Source of the DNA: Burkholderiales bacterium
GTDB taxonomy: Bacteria; Pseudomonadota; Gammaproteobacteria; Burkholderiales; Casimicrobiaceae
Direction of reading: 5' to 3'
DNA length: 60,162 nucleotides
NCBI GenBank assembly: GCA_043757535.1
Contig: JAYVPF010000186.1
Coordinates: forward strand, 1 to 60,162
The notes below the pieces were generated by a model. The model was given only the letters and a program-made list of their open reading frames with translations. It searched no databases and had not been told where the DNA came from. Below, one piece after another: positions 30,827 to 39,380 of this stretch (position 1 is its first letter; each line of letters starts with the position of its first letter). The translations under genes were made by a program, and so were the position numbers.

Positions 30827-32512
30827 ATGCTCCAAGTCGATTACTACGCATACGAATACCGAAACTGGCGCTGGCACGTACCCGAGACGTTCAATATTGC
30901 AACCGTCTGTGCGCATCGATGGGCGATCAACGAGGAATTCGCTTCCAGGCTTGCCATTCGCTGGGAAGATGAAGATGGCAGCACCGATGCGCTCACCTAC
31001 GCCCAGCTCAGTGAACTAACGCACCGCTGCGCACAAGGGCTGCGCGCGCTAGGGATCAAGGCCGGTGACCGCGTCGCGATTTGTTTGCCGCAGCGCATCG
31101 AGACCGCTGTTTCGCTGCTGGCAACGCTCCAGTTGGGTGCGGTTGCGGTGCCATTGACGGTGCTGTTTGGGCCGGAGGCGCTGGCTTATCGGCTCACCGA
31201 CGCAGGCTGCCAGGTCGCGATTTGCGACCCAGCATCGCTTGCCAATGTGCTCTCGGTGCGAGCGCAACTTCCCGCTTTGCGCCATGTCATCGCCTGTGCT
31301 GGCGCAACGGACACCGACGTCATGTGCTGGAACGAGCTCTGCGCCAATGGCAGCAACCAAACCGATGTCGCCAAAACGGCAGCCAACGACGCCGCCCTCA
31401 TCATCTACACCAGCGGCACCACCGGCCCCGCCAAGGGCGCGATCATTCCGCACCGCGCGATGCTCGGCAATATGTCCGGTTTCACCTACTCACATAACCG
31501 GTTTCCGCAACCGGGTGACGTGTTCTGGTCGCCTGCCGATTGGGCGTGGACGGGCGGGCTCTGGGACGCCTTGCTTCCAACACTTTATTGCGGCCACACC
31601 ATCATTGGCTATCGCGGTCGCTTCGATCCGGAAAAAGCGTTCTCGCTCATGGAGCGCTACGCGGTCACCTGCACCTTCCTGTTCCCCACCGCGCTCAAGC
31701 TCATGATGAAGGCGATACCGTGGCCCCGGCAACGCTACGATCTCTACCTGCGCTCAGTCATGAGCGCAGGCGAGAGCGTCGGCACATCGGTGTTTCAATG
31801 GGTCGAGCGCTCGCTCGGCATCACCTTGAATGAAATGTTCGGGCAAACCGAGCTCAACTATGTGGTCGGCAACTGCTCCGCGCTGTGGCCCGCGCGCGCG
31901 GGCAGCATGGGGCGCGCCTATCCGGGGCATCAGGTGGCCGTGGTCGATGGTCGCGGCAAAGCGGTGCCGATGGGCGAAACCGGCGATGTGGCGGTCAACC
32001 GGCGCGACATCCACGGCGATCTGGATCCCATCTTTTTTCTCGGTTACCTCGGCAACGCCAAAGGTACGCGCGACAAATACGAAGGCGACTGGTGCCGCAC
32101 CGGCGATCTGGCGCACATGGATGTCGACGGCTATCTCTGGTACGAAGGCCGCAGCGACGACGTGATCAAAAGCGCGGGTTACCGCATCGGTCCGGCGGAA
32201 GTAGAAAGCTGCCTGATCCAGCATCCAGCGGTCGCCCTCGCCGCCGTCATCGGTAAGCCCGACGAAGAGCGCGGATCAATCGTAAAAGCCTTTATCGTGC
32301 TCGGACCGGGCTACGCTCCCAGCAAAAAAATCGAGGCCGAACTCGCCAAACATGTACGCGGGCGACTCGCGCCCTATGAGTACCCGAAAGAGTTTGAATT
32401 TGTCGATGAACTTCCGATGACCACGACCGGAAAAATTCAGAGGAAGGTATTGCGGGATCGGGAGATGGCGAGACTCAAAAATGAACCACTGCCAGAGGCT
32501 CCGTCGATTTAG
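30827..32512 (+). CDS. acyl-CoA synthetase (AMP-binding)
   Basis: YTSGTTGPAKG, FGQTE, TGDLA, GRSDDVIKSAGYRIGP, TTTGKIQR. Confidence 0.93.
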   Translation: MLQVDYYAYEYRNWRWHVPETFNIATVCAHRWAINEEFASRLAIRWEDEDGSTDALTYAQLSELTHRCAQGLRALGIKAGDRVAICLPQRIETAVSLLATLQLGAVAVPLTVLFGPEALAYRLTDAGCQVAICDPASLANVLSVRAQLPALRHVIACAGATDTDVMCWNELCANGSNQTDVAKTAANDAALIIYTSGTTGPAKGAIIPHRAMLGNMSGFTYSHNRFPQPGDVFWSPADWAWTGGLWDALLPTLYCGHTIIGYRGRFDPEKAFSLMERYAVTCTFLFPTALKLMMKAIPWPRQRYDLYLRSVMSAGESVGTSVFQWVERSLGITLNEMFGQTELNYVVGNCSALWPARAGSMGRAYPGHQVAVVDGRGKAVPMGETGDVAVNRRDIHGDLDPIFFLGYLGNAKGTRDKYEGDWCRTGDLAHMDVDGYLWYEGRSDDVIKSAGYRIGPAEVESCLIQHPAVALAAVIGKPDEERGSIVKAFIVLGPGYAPSKKIEAELAKHVRGRLAPYEYPKEFEFVDELPMTTTGKIQRKVLRDREMARLKNEPLPEAPSI

Positions 32513-33550
32513 ATGACACTGAATCTTTTATTGCGGAAAGGTAACAACAATATTGATTCGTTGCGACTGATTGCCGCACTCGCCGTCATTTACGGCCACG
32601 CGTACGCCATCACACCGCAACCTCCCTATGTTGACTTCCTCGGCGCACACATCGCTGGCGAGTACAGCGGGTCAATCGCGGTTAAGTTCTTTTTCTTTCT
32701 GAGCGGCTTGTTGGTGACCAACAGTCTGGTGCGCGAGGTGCGTACGATTAACTTTGCCGTGACCCGCACGGTGCGATTGTTGCCAGGGCTCATTGTGTGT
32801 TTGATCGTCACCACCTACGTAGTCGCGCCCCTGTTTTCGACGCAATCCGCGCAATCGTATTTTGCAAGTCCGGTGCCGCATGCATACGCTTGGCTGGGCG
32901 TAACCTTTCGTCCGGAGTGGGCGCTGCCCGGCGTCTTCGCGACCAACCCGATGACCGCAGTGAATGGCTCTCTCTGGACACTGCCGCATGAGTTGCGCTG
33001 TTACGTGATGCTCGCAGCGATGGCGGCGACCTACGCCCTTTGGATCAAGCGCTCAGCCCTTTCCGCAGCCATCGCTGTCGTCGCCGTATTGGTTGCTTTT
33101 AAGCTCGGCGCATTCTCGCCACCCCGCGCCGACGCAATGCCGCTCATGATTTGCTTCTTTTCAGGCGTGTTGATTTGCCTGTTTGGGAGAGAAATTAGCT
33201 TCTCAAAATGGCTGGCATGCGGATTGATTTTTCTGCTGTGGCTGTCGAGTGCTAGCGCCGCATTTGCATCGATTGCCGTGATAGCGATACTCGTCAGTGG
33301 TCTCTACGTCTCGACCCTTCCCGCAGTCAAATGGATACGACTACCGGGCGATTATTCGTACGGCGTTTACCTCTATGGATTCTTCGTCCAGCAGTGTCTC
33401 AAGGCTGCATGTCCAGCGCTTGACCTGCCGACCCATCAACTATTGAGCATGCTGATTGCCGTCATTTGCGGCGCGCTGTCGTGGCATCTCGTCGAGCGGC
33501 CCGCCATGCTTTTTTGGAAACGGCTCGCCGCGAATCGAGCGGCACGATAG
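32513..33550 (+). CDS. acyltransferase family 3 (OafA-like O-acetyltransferase)
   Basis: DSLRLIAA, FFFLSG, NGSLWTLPHE, DYSYGVYLY, SWHLVERP. Confidence 0.9.
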   Translation: MTLNLLLRKGNNNIDSLRLIAALAVIYGHAYAITPQPPYVDFLGAHIAGEYSGSIAVKFFFFLSGLLVTNSLVREVRTINFAVTRTVRLLPGLIVCLIVTTYVVAPLFSTQSAQSYFASPVPHAYAWLGVTFRPEWALPGVFATNPMTAVNGSLWTLPHELRCYVMLAAMAATYALWIKRSALSAAIAVVAVLVAFKLGAFSPPRADAMPLMICFFSGVLICLFGREISFSKWLACGLIFLLWLSSASAAFASIAVIAILVSGLYVSTLPAVKWIRLPGDYSYGVYLYGFFVQQCLKAACPALDLPTHQLLSMLIAVICGALSWHLVERPAMLFWKRLAANRAAR

Positions 33551-33563
33551 TCCACTACGCGTG

Positions 33564-35987
33564 CTACTTCTTCTCGAGAATCAAGTGACCTTTTGAGTCC
33601 ATTCGATGCGTTGCCGGTTCAAGCTCGGCAAAAATTGAAACGAACTTCACGCGACTGTCGAAGGGCACCCCCTGATAGCTTGGCACGGAATGAAGCAGCC
33701 GATCAGCGATGAAGTTATCTTTAACCAGCAAAACTTTAATCGCAATCGGGCCCGAGGTCGTTTTGAGCGCCACCAGGATATCCGAATAAAGCGTCGCCTG
33801 CACGGCACCAATCCGATACATCGTTCGCAAAATCTGGCACCCATGAATCGCGCACACGAGGATCGCAATCGCCAAAATCCAACGAGGCAACAGACGCATA
33901 CGCTGCCACGCCAGAGCCAAGATCACGGTCGCGACGGCGGTGGCTACATAGGCATAGTGACTGATGGAAAAATTGAGAATCAGCACAGGCCCTAACGCCG
34001 CGTAAAAGCCCACCAAGAGGGCCACCATCCAGCGCCACCCGACGCTCGCCACCGCAATGAACACAAACGCGCCAAGGGCAAGGGCGAGCCACGCCAGCGA
34101 GCGATCAAACAGCGCAATCTGTTCAAACCGGTTCCACGAAAATGGAAATACGGCGTACTCAAGCATGCGCTGAGGTATGTTCGTAAAGCTCCACGCGTAT
34201 CCATCAATCTTGACTGCTGGAAACAGGATCACGTCTAAACGGAGCGCAAGATAAATCGCCACCGCCACCGCTGAACCGATGCCTGCGACCCAAACTTTGT
34301 TATCGCGCCGCACCACGTAAACCGTCGCAAGGAGCGCCGGGAACACGATGCCCGACTCTTTGCTCAGGAGCGCAATTAACGTCGCTACGAAAGCTAAACC
34401 GGCCATCGCCCATCGTGGGAGCGCTTTCTCTCGAAGCACGCCCAGTCCGATGAGTAACAGGCAGAGCAAGCAAATCGCGTCGGCGTAAGTGCCAATCCAA
34501 GCGTCGGTGTACATCGCGGCCGGGGTCAGTAGGAACAGCAGCGCGGCAGTGCCAGACTGAAGCCGCGTTAACTGCAATCGCACGAGCAAATAGGCCAGCA
34601 ATCCCGCATTCAACAGGCCAAACCCGCCGCGAACCAAATGCATCGCGATTGCCGAATCACCAAACAAGCGTGACACCGTCAACCAAACGCTGAAGGTCAC
34701 GGGCCGATACTGAAACTGCCTAACGTCTACGAACAGCTCCAGCAATTGCCAATGCGCAAATGGCCGCTCCGCAAACCCCAGCCATTGCAGCTCATCGTGG
34801 CTGAAATAGCCGGGAAGGAAAAGCACTGGAATCTGCACCAGTGCCGCGATCGCCACAAACGCCGCCGTGGCATGCCATGGTTTCGCCGTGTTGCAAACGG
34901 TCGTAAAACGAGACCAAGCCGCGGACAGCTTTCCGGCAGATGGTCGCAACGCGTTTGCCTGCGAGGGCTCGCGCCATTCATTTGGCTGCAAGCGAACCGA
35001 AGGTGACGAAGGTTCTATTCGTTGTCCATCGTCACCTGTTCGCAAGACCTGTCGAATCAAATACGCCGGACGCCTTTTACTCTCCAGAAAAGCACGCCCC
35101 AGATATTCGCCAATCATGCCGATGCCAATGAGTTGCAACCCACCGAGCAGCAGCACACCCACCAAAACCGACGCATAGCCGGGAACATCGACGCCCCAAA
35201 CGAGCGTGCGCAGCGCGATCCAGCCGCCCCAGCCGACCGCAGCGAGCGCGACAAAAAACCCGAGATAGGTCCAGATTTTTAGCGGCGAAATCGAGAAACT
35301 GAAAATCCCTTCGAGTGCGAAATTCCATAGCTTCCACGCATTGAATTTCGAGTTGCCCGCAGCACGTGCATCGCGGCGATAGTCGATGGTCGTGGTTTTG
35401 AAGCCGACCCATGCGAACAGGCCCTTCATGAAGCGGCGTCCTTCGGGCAGCGCGTTTAACGCCTCCACCACGACGCGATCCATCAACCTGAAATCGCCGA
35501 CATCAGCGGGGATTTCCACATCTGCCACAGCGTTATGAATGCGGTAGAACGATTGCGCGGTAAAGCGCTTCGCCATCGAGTCTGACGAACGATCAGAGCG
35601 CCGCGCGAGCACGACCTCGAAGCCGTCTTCCCACTTGGCGAGCAAGTCCTTGATCGCCTCGGGCGGGTCTTGCAAATCGGCGTCCATGGGAATCACAGCG
35701 TCGCCAGTCGCAATGAACAAGCCCGCCGAAAGCGCGGCTTCCTTGCCGAAGTTGCGGCTGAGATCGACCACGACGAGATTCGCGCGCGTCGCGCTCGCCT
35801 GCGTCAGCGTGTCAAGCGTTTGATCGGTGCTTCCGTCGTTAACGCAGACGATCTCGAATTCGTACGACGCTAGCGTCGGCAGAACCGTGTCGAGCCGCGC
35901 AAATAACACGTCAATCGCGTCGCCCTCGTTGTACATCGGGATCACCAACGAAACACGTTTGCGAGGGTTGGCGGTGGGTTCGGTCAT
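33564..35987 (-). CDS. GtrB-like GT2 fused to a polytopic membrane (GT-C-like) domain
   Basis: SLVIPMYNE, VNDGSTD, SRNFGKEAA, DADLQDPP, GDFRLMDR, IGEYLGR, followed by a multi-TM region with HDE and YRP motifs. Confidence 0.85.
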   Translation of the reverse strand: MTEPTANPRKRVSLVIPMYNEGDAIDVLFARLDTVLPTLASYEFEIVCVNDGSTDQTLDTLTQASATRANLVVVDLSRNFGKEAALSAGLFIATGDAVIPMDADLQDPPEAIKDLLAKWEDGFEVVLARRSDRSSDSMAKRFTAQSFYRIHNAVADVEIPADVGDFRLMDRVVVEALNALPEGRRFMKGLFAWVGFKTTTIDYRRDARAAGNSKFNAWKLWNFALEGIFSFSISPLKIWTYLGFFVALAAVGWGGWIALRTLVWGVDVPGYASVLVGVLLLGGLQLIGIGMIGEYLGRAFLESKRRPAYLIRQVLRTGDDGQRIEPSSPSVRLQPNEWREPSQANALRPSAGKLSAAWSRFTTVCNTAKPWHATAAFVAIAALVQIPVLFLPGYFSHDELQWLGFAERPFAHWQLLELFVDVRQFQYRPVTFSVWLTVSRLFGDSAIAMHLVRGGFGLLNAGLLAYLLVRLQLTRLQSGTAALLFLLTPAAMYTDAWIGTYADAICLLCLLLIGLGVLREKALPRWAMAGLAFVATLIALLSKESGIVFPALLATVYVVRRDNKVWVAGIGSAVAVAIYLALRLDVILFPAVKIDGYAWSFTNIPQRMLEYAVFPFSWNRFEQIALFDRSLAWLALALGAFVFIAVASVGWRWMVALLVGFYAALGPVLILNFSISHYAYVATAVATVILALAWQRMRLLPRWILAIAILVCAIHGCQILRTMYRIGAVQATLYSDILVALKTTSGPIAIKVLLVKDNFIADRLLHSVPSYQGVPFDSRVKFVSIFAELEPATHRMDSKGHLILEKK

Positions 35988-36036
35988 GGCGCAGGCGCGG
36001 GGAATTCAATTGCTCGATTCTCCCACGGACATTCAT

Positions 36037-36114
36037 GTAGGGCGGATACCCGAAGGGTGATCCGCCATCGTTGAACGTCGCAATAGTGGATAGCGCTTCG
36101 GGCCTCCACCCTAC
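36037..36114. repeat. GTAG-type REP doublet overlapping the stop of the patatin gene
   Basis: GTAGGGCGGATACCCGAAGGGTGATCCGCC ... TCCACCCTAC. Confidence 0.75.
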
Positions 36115-37220
36115 AGCGTCGCCACTGCCCCCACATCCGCCCCCGAACTCACCCAGTGCGCGTACTCATCACGCAGCCGTTCACTTTCGGTCACCGCCGT
36201 TTGCCACGCCGTAACACGTGCCGCAAAATCACGTCCATAACGCGTGAAATCCGAGCGATCTGGCAGCTTGTGATTGGGGAGCGTCGCGACCCATTCAGGG
36301 CGCGGCGCGAGCACGATGACGTCATCGAGAAAATGCGTGGCGCGATGCCGCCATTTGAGTGATTTGTCAAGCCAACCGGGCACCACAGCGCGCTGAAAAT
36401 GCGGATACAAAACCAGCCGTGGGGACGAAGTACTCGCGTCGGTTGCGTCCGTCAAATGGTGCTGCCGATAATCAAGATGCAGGTGATAGTCGGTGATGCC
36501 GCCGTCCCAATACGCGCCGCGCGCCGCACCGGGTATATCGTGCACCGCATTGAGCACAAACGGGATCGAGCAGGAGGCCTGCAACACGGACGCAAAGTTG
36601 ATGGCCGAGAGCGCGTAACGCCGCGTGCGGTAATCGTTCGTAGCAAACGGTAACGCCGTGATACTCGACGAAAAAACCGCCCGCTCAAGCCACGCACCCA
36701 TGGCTTTTCTCGACACAAAATTACTCAAAAAAGCCCCGCCGTAGCCGAGCGGCGTCCGCGCACGATGGTCACGTCGCAACACATGCCGCCCGCGCGAGGT
36801 GATGACGTGCAGGCGATAGCGCGCGTGCCCGAGCACCTGCCCCACTCGCGCGGCAAACATGTCGCGGATATTCTCGGCAAAGCGCCCGCTCAGGTGCTCC
36901 GGCGTGGGCATTTTGCGCCCCTCGGGAAAGTGAAAATCCTGCCCGATATAGGACGTTTCAAGCTCGGCAAGCGCAGCGACCGGATCGTCGAGCATCGCGG
37001 TGGCCATTCGCCACGCCCCAATCGACGCGCCAATCAAGTCGATTGGCTGATTCGACTGCGGCAACCATTCGCCAAACAGGTATCGATCCAGAGGCAACAA
37101 CGTCAAACCTTTCGGGCCACCGGCTGCGGCGGGAATCGCGCGAATGTCGGCGGGCGAAACGCCACGTTCGCGAAGGCGCGCCAGAGCACGCGGCCCAGCG
37201 TAAATCTGTAGCGCTTTCAT
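36111..37220 (-). CDS. patatin-like phospholipase family protein
   Basis: AAGGPKG, GASIG nucleophile motif, ASCSIPF, DGG. Confidence 0.85.
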   Translation of the reverse strand: MKALQIYAGPRALARLRERGVSPADIRAIPAAAGGPKGLTLLPLDRYLFGEWLPQSNQPIDLIGASIGAWRMATAMLDDPVAALAELETSYIGQDFHFPEGRKMPTPEHLSGRFAENIRDMFAARVGQVLGHARYRLHVITSRGRHVLRRDHRARTPLGYGGAFLSNFVSRKAMGAWLERAVFSSSITALPFATNDYRTRRYALSAINFASVLQASCSIPFVLNAVHDIPGAARGAYWDGGITDYHLHLDYRQHHLTDATDASTSSPRLVLYPHFQRAVVPGWLDKSLKWRHRATHFLDDVIVLAPRPEWVATLPNHKLPDRSDFTRYGRDFAARVTAWQTAVTESERLRDEYAHWVSSGADVGAVATL

Positions 37221-37246
37221 CTATTCACAGCGTCTGGCATGGCATA

Positions 37247-37362
37247 CAGCTAATCGCTGCAACGTCTATTTTATTGAGGCTAGCGCGGCATTTGTTCATA
37301 AGTCGACTTCCGTTATAAATTCTAATTAGCCCCGATGCAATCGTTGTTTCAGCCAAAAGCTG
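37247..37362. repeat. 116-bp dyad element, copy D
   Basis: CAGCT...GAGGCTA-N20-TCGA(37303-37306)-N20-TAGCCCC...AAAAGCTG. Confidence 0.9.
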
Positions 37363-37453
37363 ATGGCAATTTACCTCCCCGAAAACGTCTATTTTGGCAG
37401 CGCGCTTTGGCGTTAGACTTTGCACCTCACACCGTGAACCCAGGAGGAAACTC

Positions 37454-37939
37454 ATGAACGTCAAACCCGCATCAAAATGTCCCGTCACGTTGCTGGCGGT
37501 GCTGGCACTGGGAGCCGGTCTGCTGACCCCTGTCGTCGTCTCCGCGCAATCGCCCGATCCGTCGATTGCGACCTGCCTGAATGCCTGGGGCAAACATCCC
37601 TTCGGCAGAAGTCCGCAGTACAAAACGCTCGCCACATCGGTCAAAGTGTTTGGCATCGGGCGCGCGACCGCCGACACCGAAGTCACCAGTGCGCCGACGC
37701 TCGTGCTGGTCAGCGCTGGGGTGAACGTGATGGGCGGCTCAACAGTGGAATTGCTCAATCCCAATGGCTGGTACTGCCTGCGCTCGAACGTGAACGTGAT
37801 GGGCGGCCTGACGATCAAGGCTCATTGCAAAGCGCATCTGGCGTCGGCCGTCGACGGCGTCACGGTCATGGGCGAAAACGCCGACAATAAAAGCGTCACC
37901 GTGATGGGTGCGACGCGGGTGGAGCACGTGGACTGCTAA
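37454..37939 (+). CDS. secreted hypothetical protein
   Basis: AGGAGG RBS, signal peptide, internal VNVMGG repeats, four mature-region Cys. Confidence 0.8.
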   Translation: MNVKPASKCPVTLLAVLALGAGLLTPVVVSAQSPDPSIATCLNAWGKHPFGRSPQYKTLATSVKVFGIGRATADTEVTSAPTLVLVSAGVNVMGGSTVELLNPNGWYCLRSNVNVMGGLTIKAHCKAHLASAVDGVTVMGENADNKSVTVMGATRVEHVDC

Positions 37940-37955
37940 TAGCGCAGTGATGCAA

Positions 37956-37971
37956 CTGTCGGCATGTACAG
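37956..37971. promoter_or_regulatory. LexA (SOS) box
   Basis: CTGT-CGGCATGT-ACAG matches CTGT-N8-ACAG, 15 bp upstream of a Y-family polymerase ATG. Confidence 0.8.
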
Positions 37972-37986
37972 TAGTAAAATTGTCCC

Positions 37987-39273
37987 ATGCTTCGCGCTCT
38001 CTACGTAGACTTCAACAGCTACTTCGCCTCCGTCGAGCAACAGCTACGCCCAGAATTGCGCGGGCGTCCGGTGGCCGTGGTGCCGATGTTTGCCGACACG
38101 ACGTGCGCGATTGCCGCGAGCATTGAGGCGAAACGCTTCGGCGTAAAAACGCTGACCAACGTGGCCGACGCACGCCGCTTATGTCCAGAGATCGTGTTCG
38201 TCGAATCGCGACCCGCCGTGTATGTGGAATTTCATCAGCGCGCCAAAGTGGTGGTGGAATCGGTCGCACCGATTGCGTCGGTGAATTCAATCGACGAGAT
38301 GTGCATCACGCTCACCGGGCGCGATCAGCCGCGCCCCGCCGCCGTTAAACTGGCGCTCGAAATCAAGTACCGATTGCAGCAGCAATTAGGCGTTTGCATC
38401 ACGTCCTCCATCGGCATCGCGCCTAATGCCTTCCTCGCCAAAACTGCGAGTGACATGGTGAAACCGGATGGTCTGGTCGTGATCGAACTGGCTGATTTGC
38501 CAAACGCATTGATGAATTTGAAGCTCAATCATTTCGTCGGCATCGGTCGAAAAATGCTGGAGCGCCTGCACGATCACGGCATCAAAACCACGCCGCAGTT
38601 GCTCGCAGCTGAGGTCGGAAAGCTGCGTGAAATCTGGGGCGGCATTGAAGGCGAGCGCTTCTGGCAGAAGCTGCGTGGTGAAGACGTGCAAGCGCGTGAA
38701 ACCAACACCTCGTCAATCAGCCACTCGCACGTGCTCGCTCCTGACAAGCGCACCCATGTTCGCGCGCAAGCCGTGCTATCGAGCCTGACGCAGAAGGCCG
38801 CGATGCGTCTGCGCGATGGCGAATACATCACCTCCGACGTGTCTATTGTTTTGAAGCTTCGCGGCGGTGAAAAGTACAAAGCGCACCAGCGCATTGACGC
38901 CACCGACCGCACGCCACAGATCCTTGATGTGATGGACAAGCTCTACGCCAAGCTTCTCACCGATCGCGTCGTCAGGAACGGCTCGCCTATGGCCGTAGGC
39001 ATGGCTTTAAGCAACCTCGCGCCGCGCGAAGGGCAATCGCTGTCGCTATTCGACGAGCAGCCCAACACCGAAAAACTCGACAAAGTTGTCGATCAATTAA
39101 ACCTCAAGTACGGCAAAAACACGCTCTTCTGGGGTGGCGCATTCAGCGCCCGACAAAGCGCCAGAATGGCCATCGCGTTCAATCACATTCCGGACATGAA
39201 AGTGGAGTCCGACGAGACCGGAAAGGCGTTACAGCCGCGTGAACCGCTGGTGAATGCGCGGAAGTCGGTGTAG
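37987..39273 (+). CDS. Y-family DNA polymerase (DinB/Pol IV-like)
   Basis: YVDFNSYFASVEQ, AASIEAKRFGV, SIDE, SIGIAPNAFLAKTASD..KPDG. Confidence 0.92.
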   Translation: MLRALYVDFNSYFASVEQQLRPELRGRPVAVVPMFADTTCAIAASIEAKRFGVKTLTNVADARRLCPEIVFVESRPAVYVEFHQRAKVVVESVAPIASVNSIDEMCITLTGRDQPRPAAVKLALEIKYRLQQQLGVCITSSIGIAPNAFLAKTASDMVKPDGLVVIELADLPNALMNLKLNHFVGIGRKMLERLHDHGIKTTPQLLAAEVGKLREIWGGIEGERFWQKLRGEDVQARETNTSSISHSHVLAPDKRTHVRAQAVLSSLTQKAAMRLRDGEYITSDVSIVLKLRGGEKYKAHQRIDATDRTPQILDVMDKLYAKLLTDRVVRNGSPMAVGMALSNLAPREGQSLSLFDEQPNTEKLDKVVDQLNLKYGKNTLFWGGAFSARQSARMAIAFNHIPDMKVESDETGKALQPREPLVNARKSV

Positions 39274-39313
39274 CGCCGTAGGGCGGGCACCCCGTGCTCA
39301 TGCGTTACCTCGC

Positions 39314-39332
39314 TGCGACACAAATCGTCGCA
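39314..39332. promoter_or_regulatory. palindromic operator, candidate WYL-regulator site
   Basis: TGCGACA-CAAAT-CGTCGCA, one mismatch to the perfect palindrome at 48062-48080. Confidence 0.65.
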
Positions 39333-39380
39333 CCCTTATGGAAACTCTCTCCTGTTGAATCGCAAACCAGGAGACCGAGC

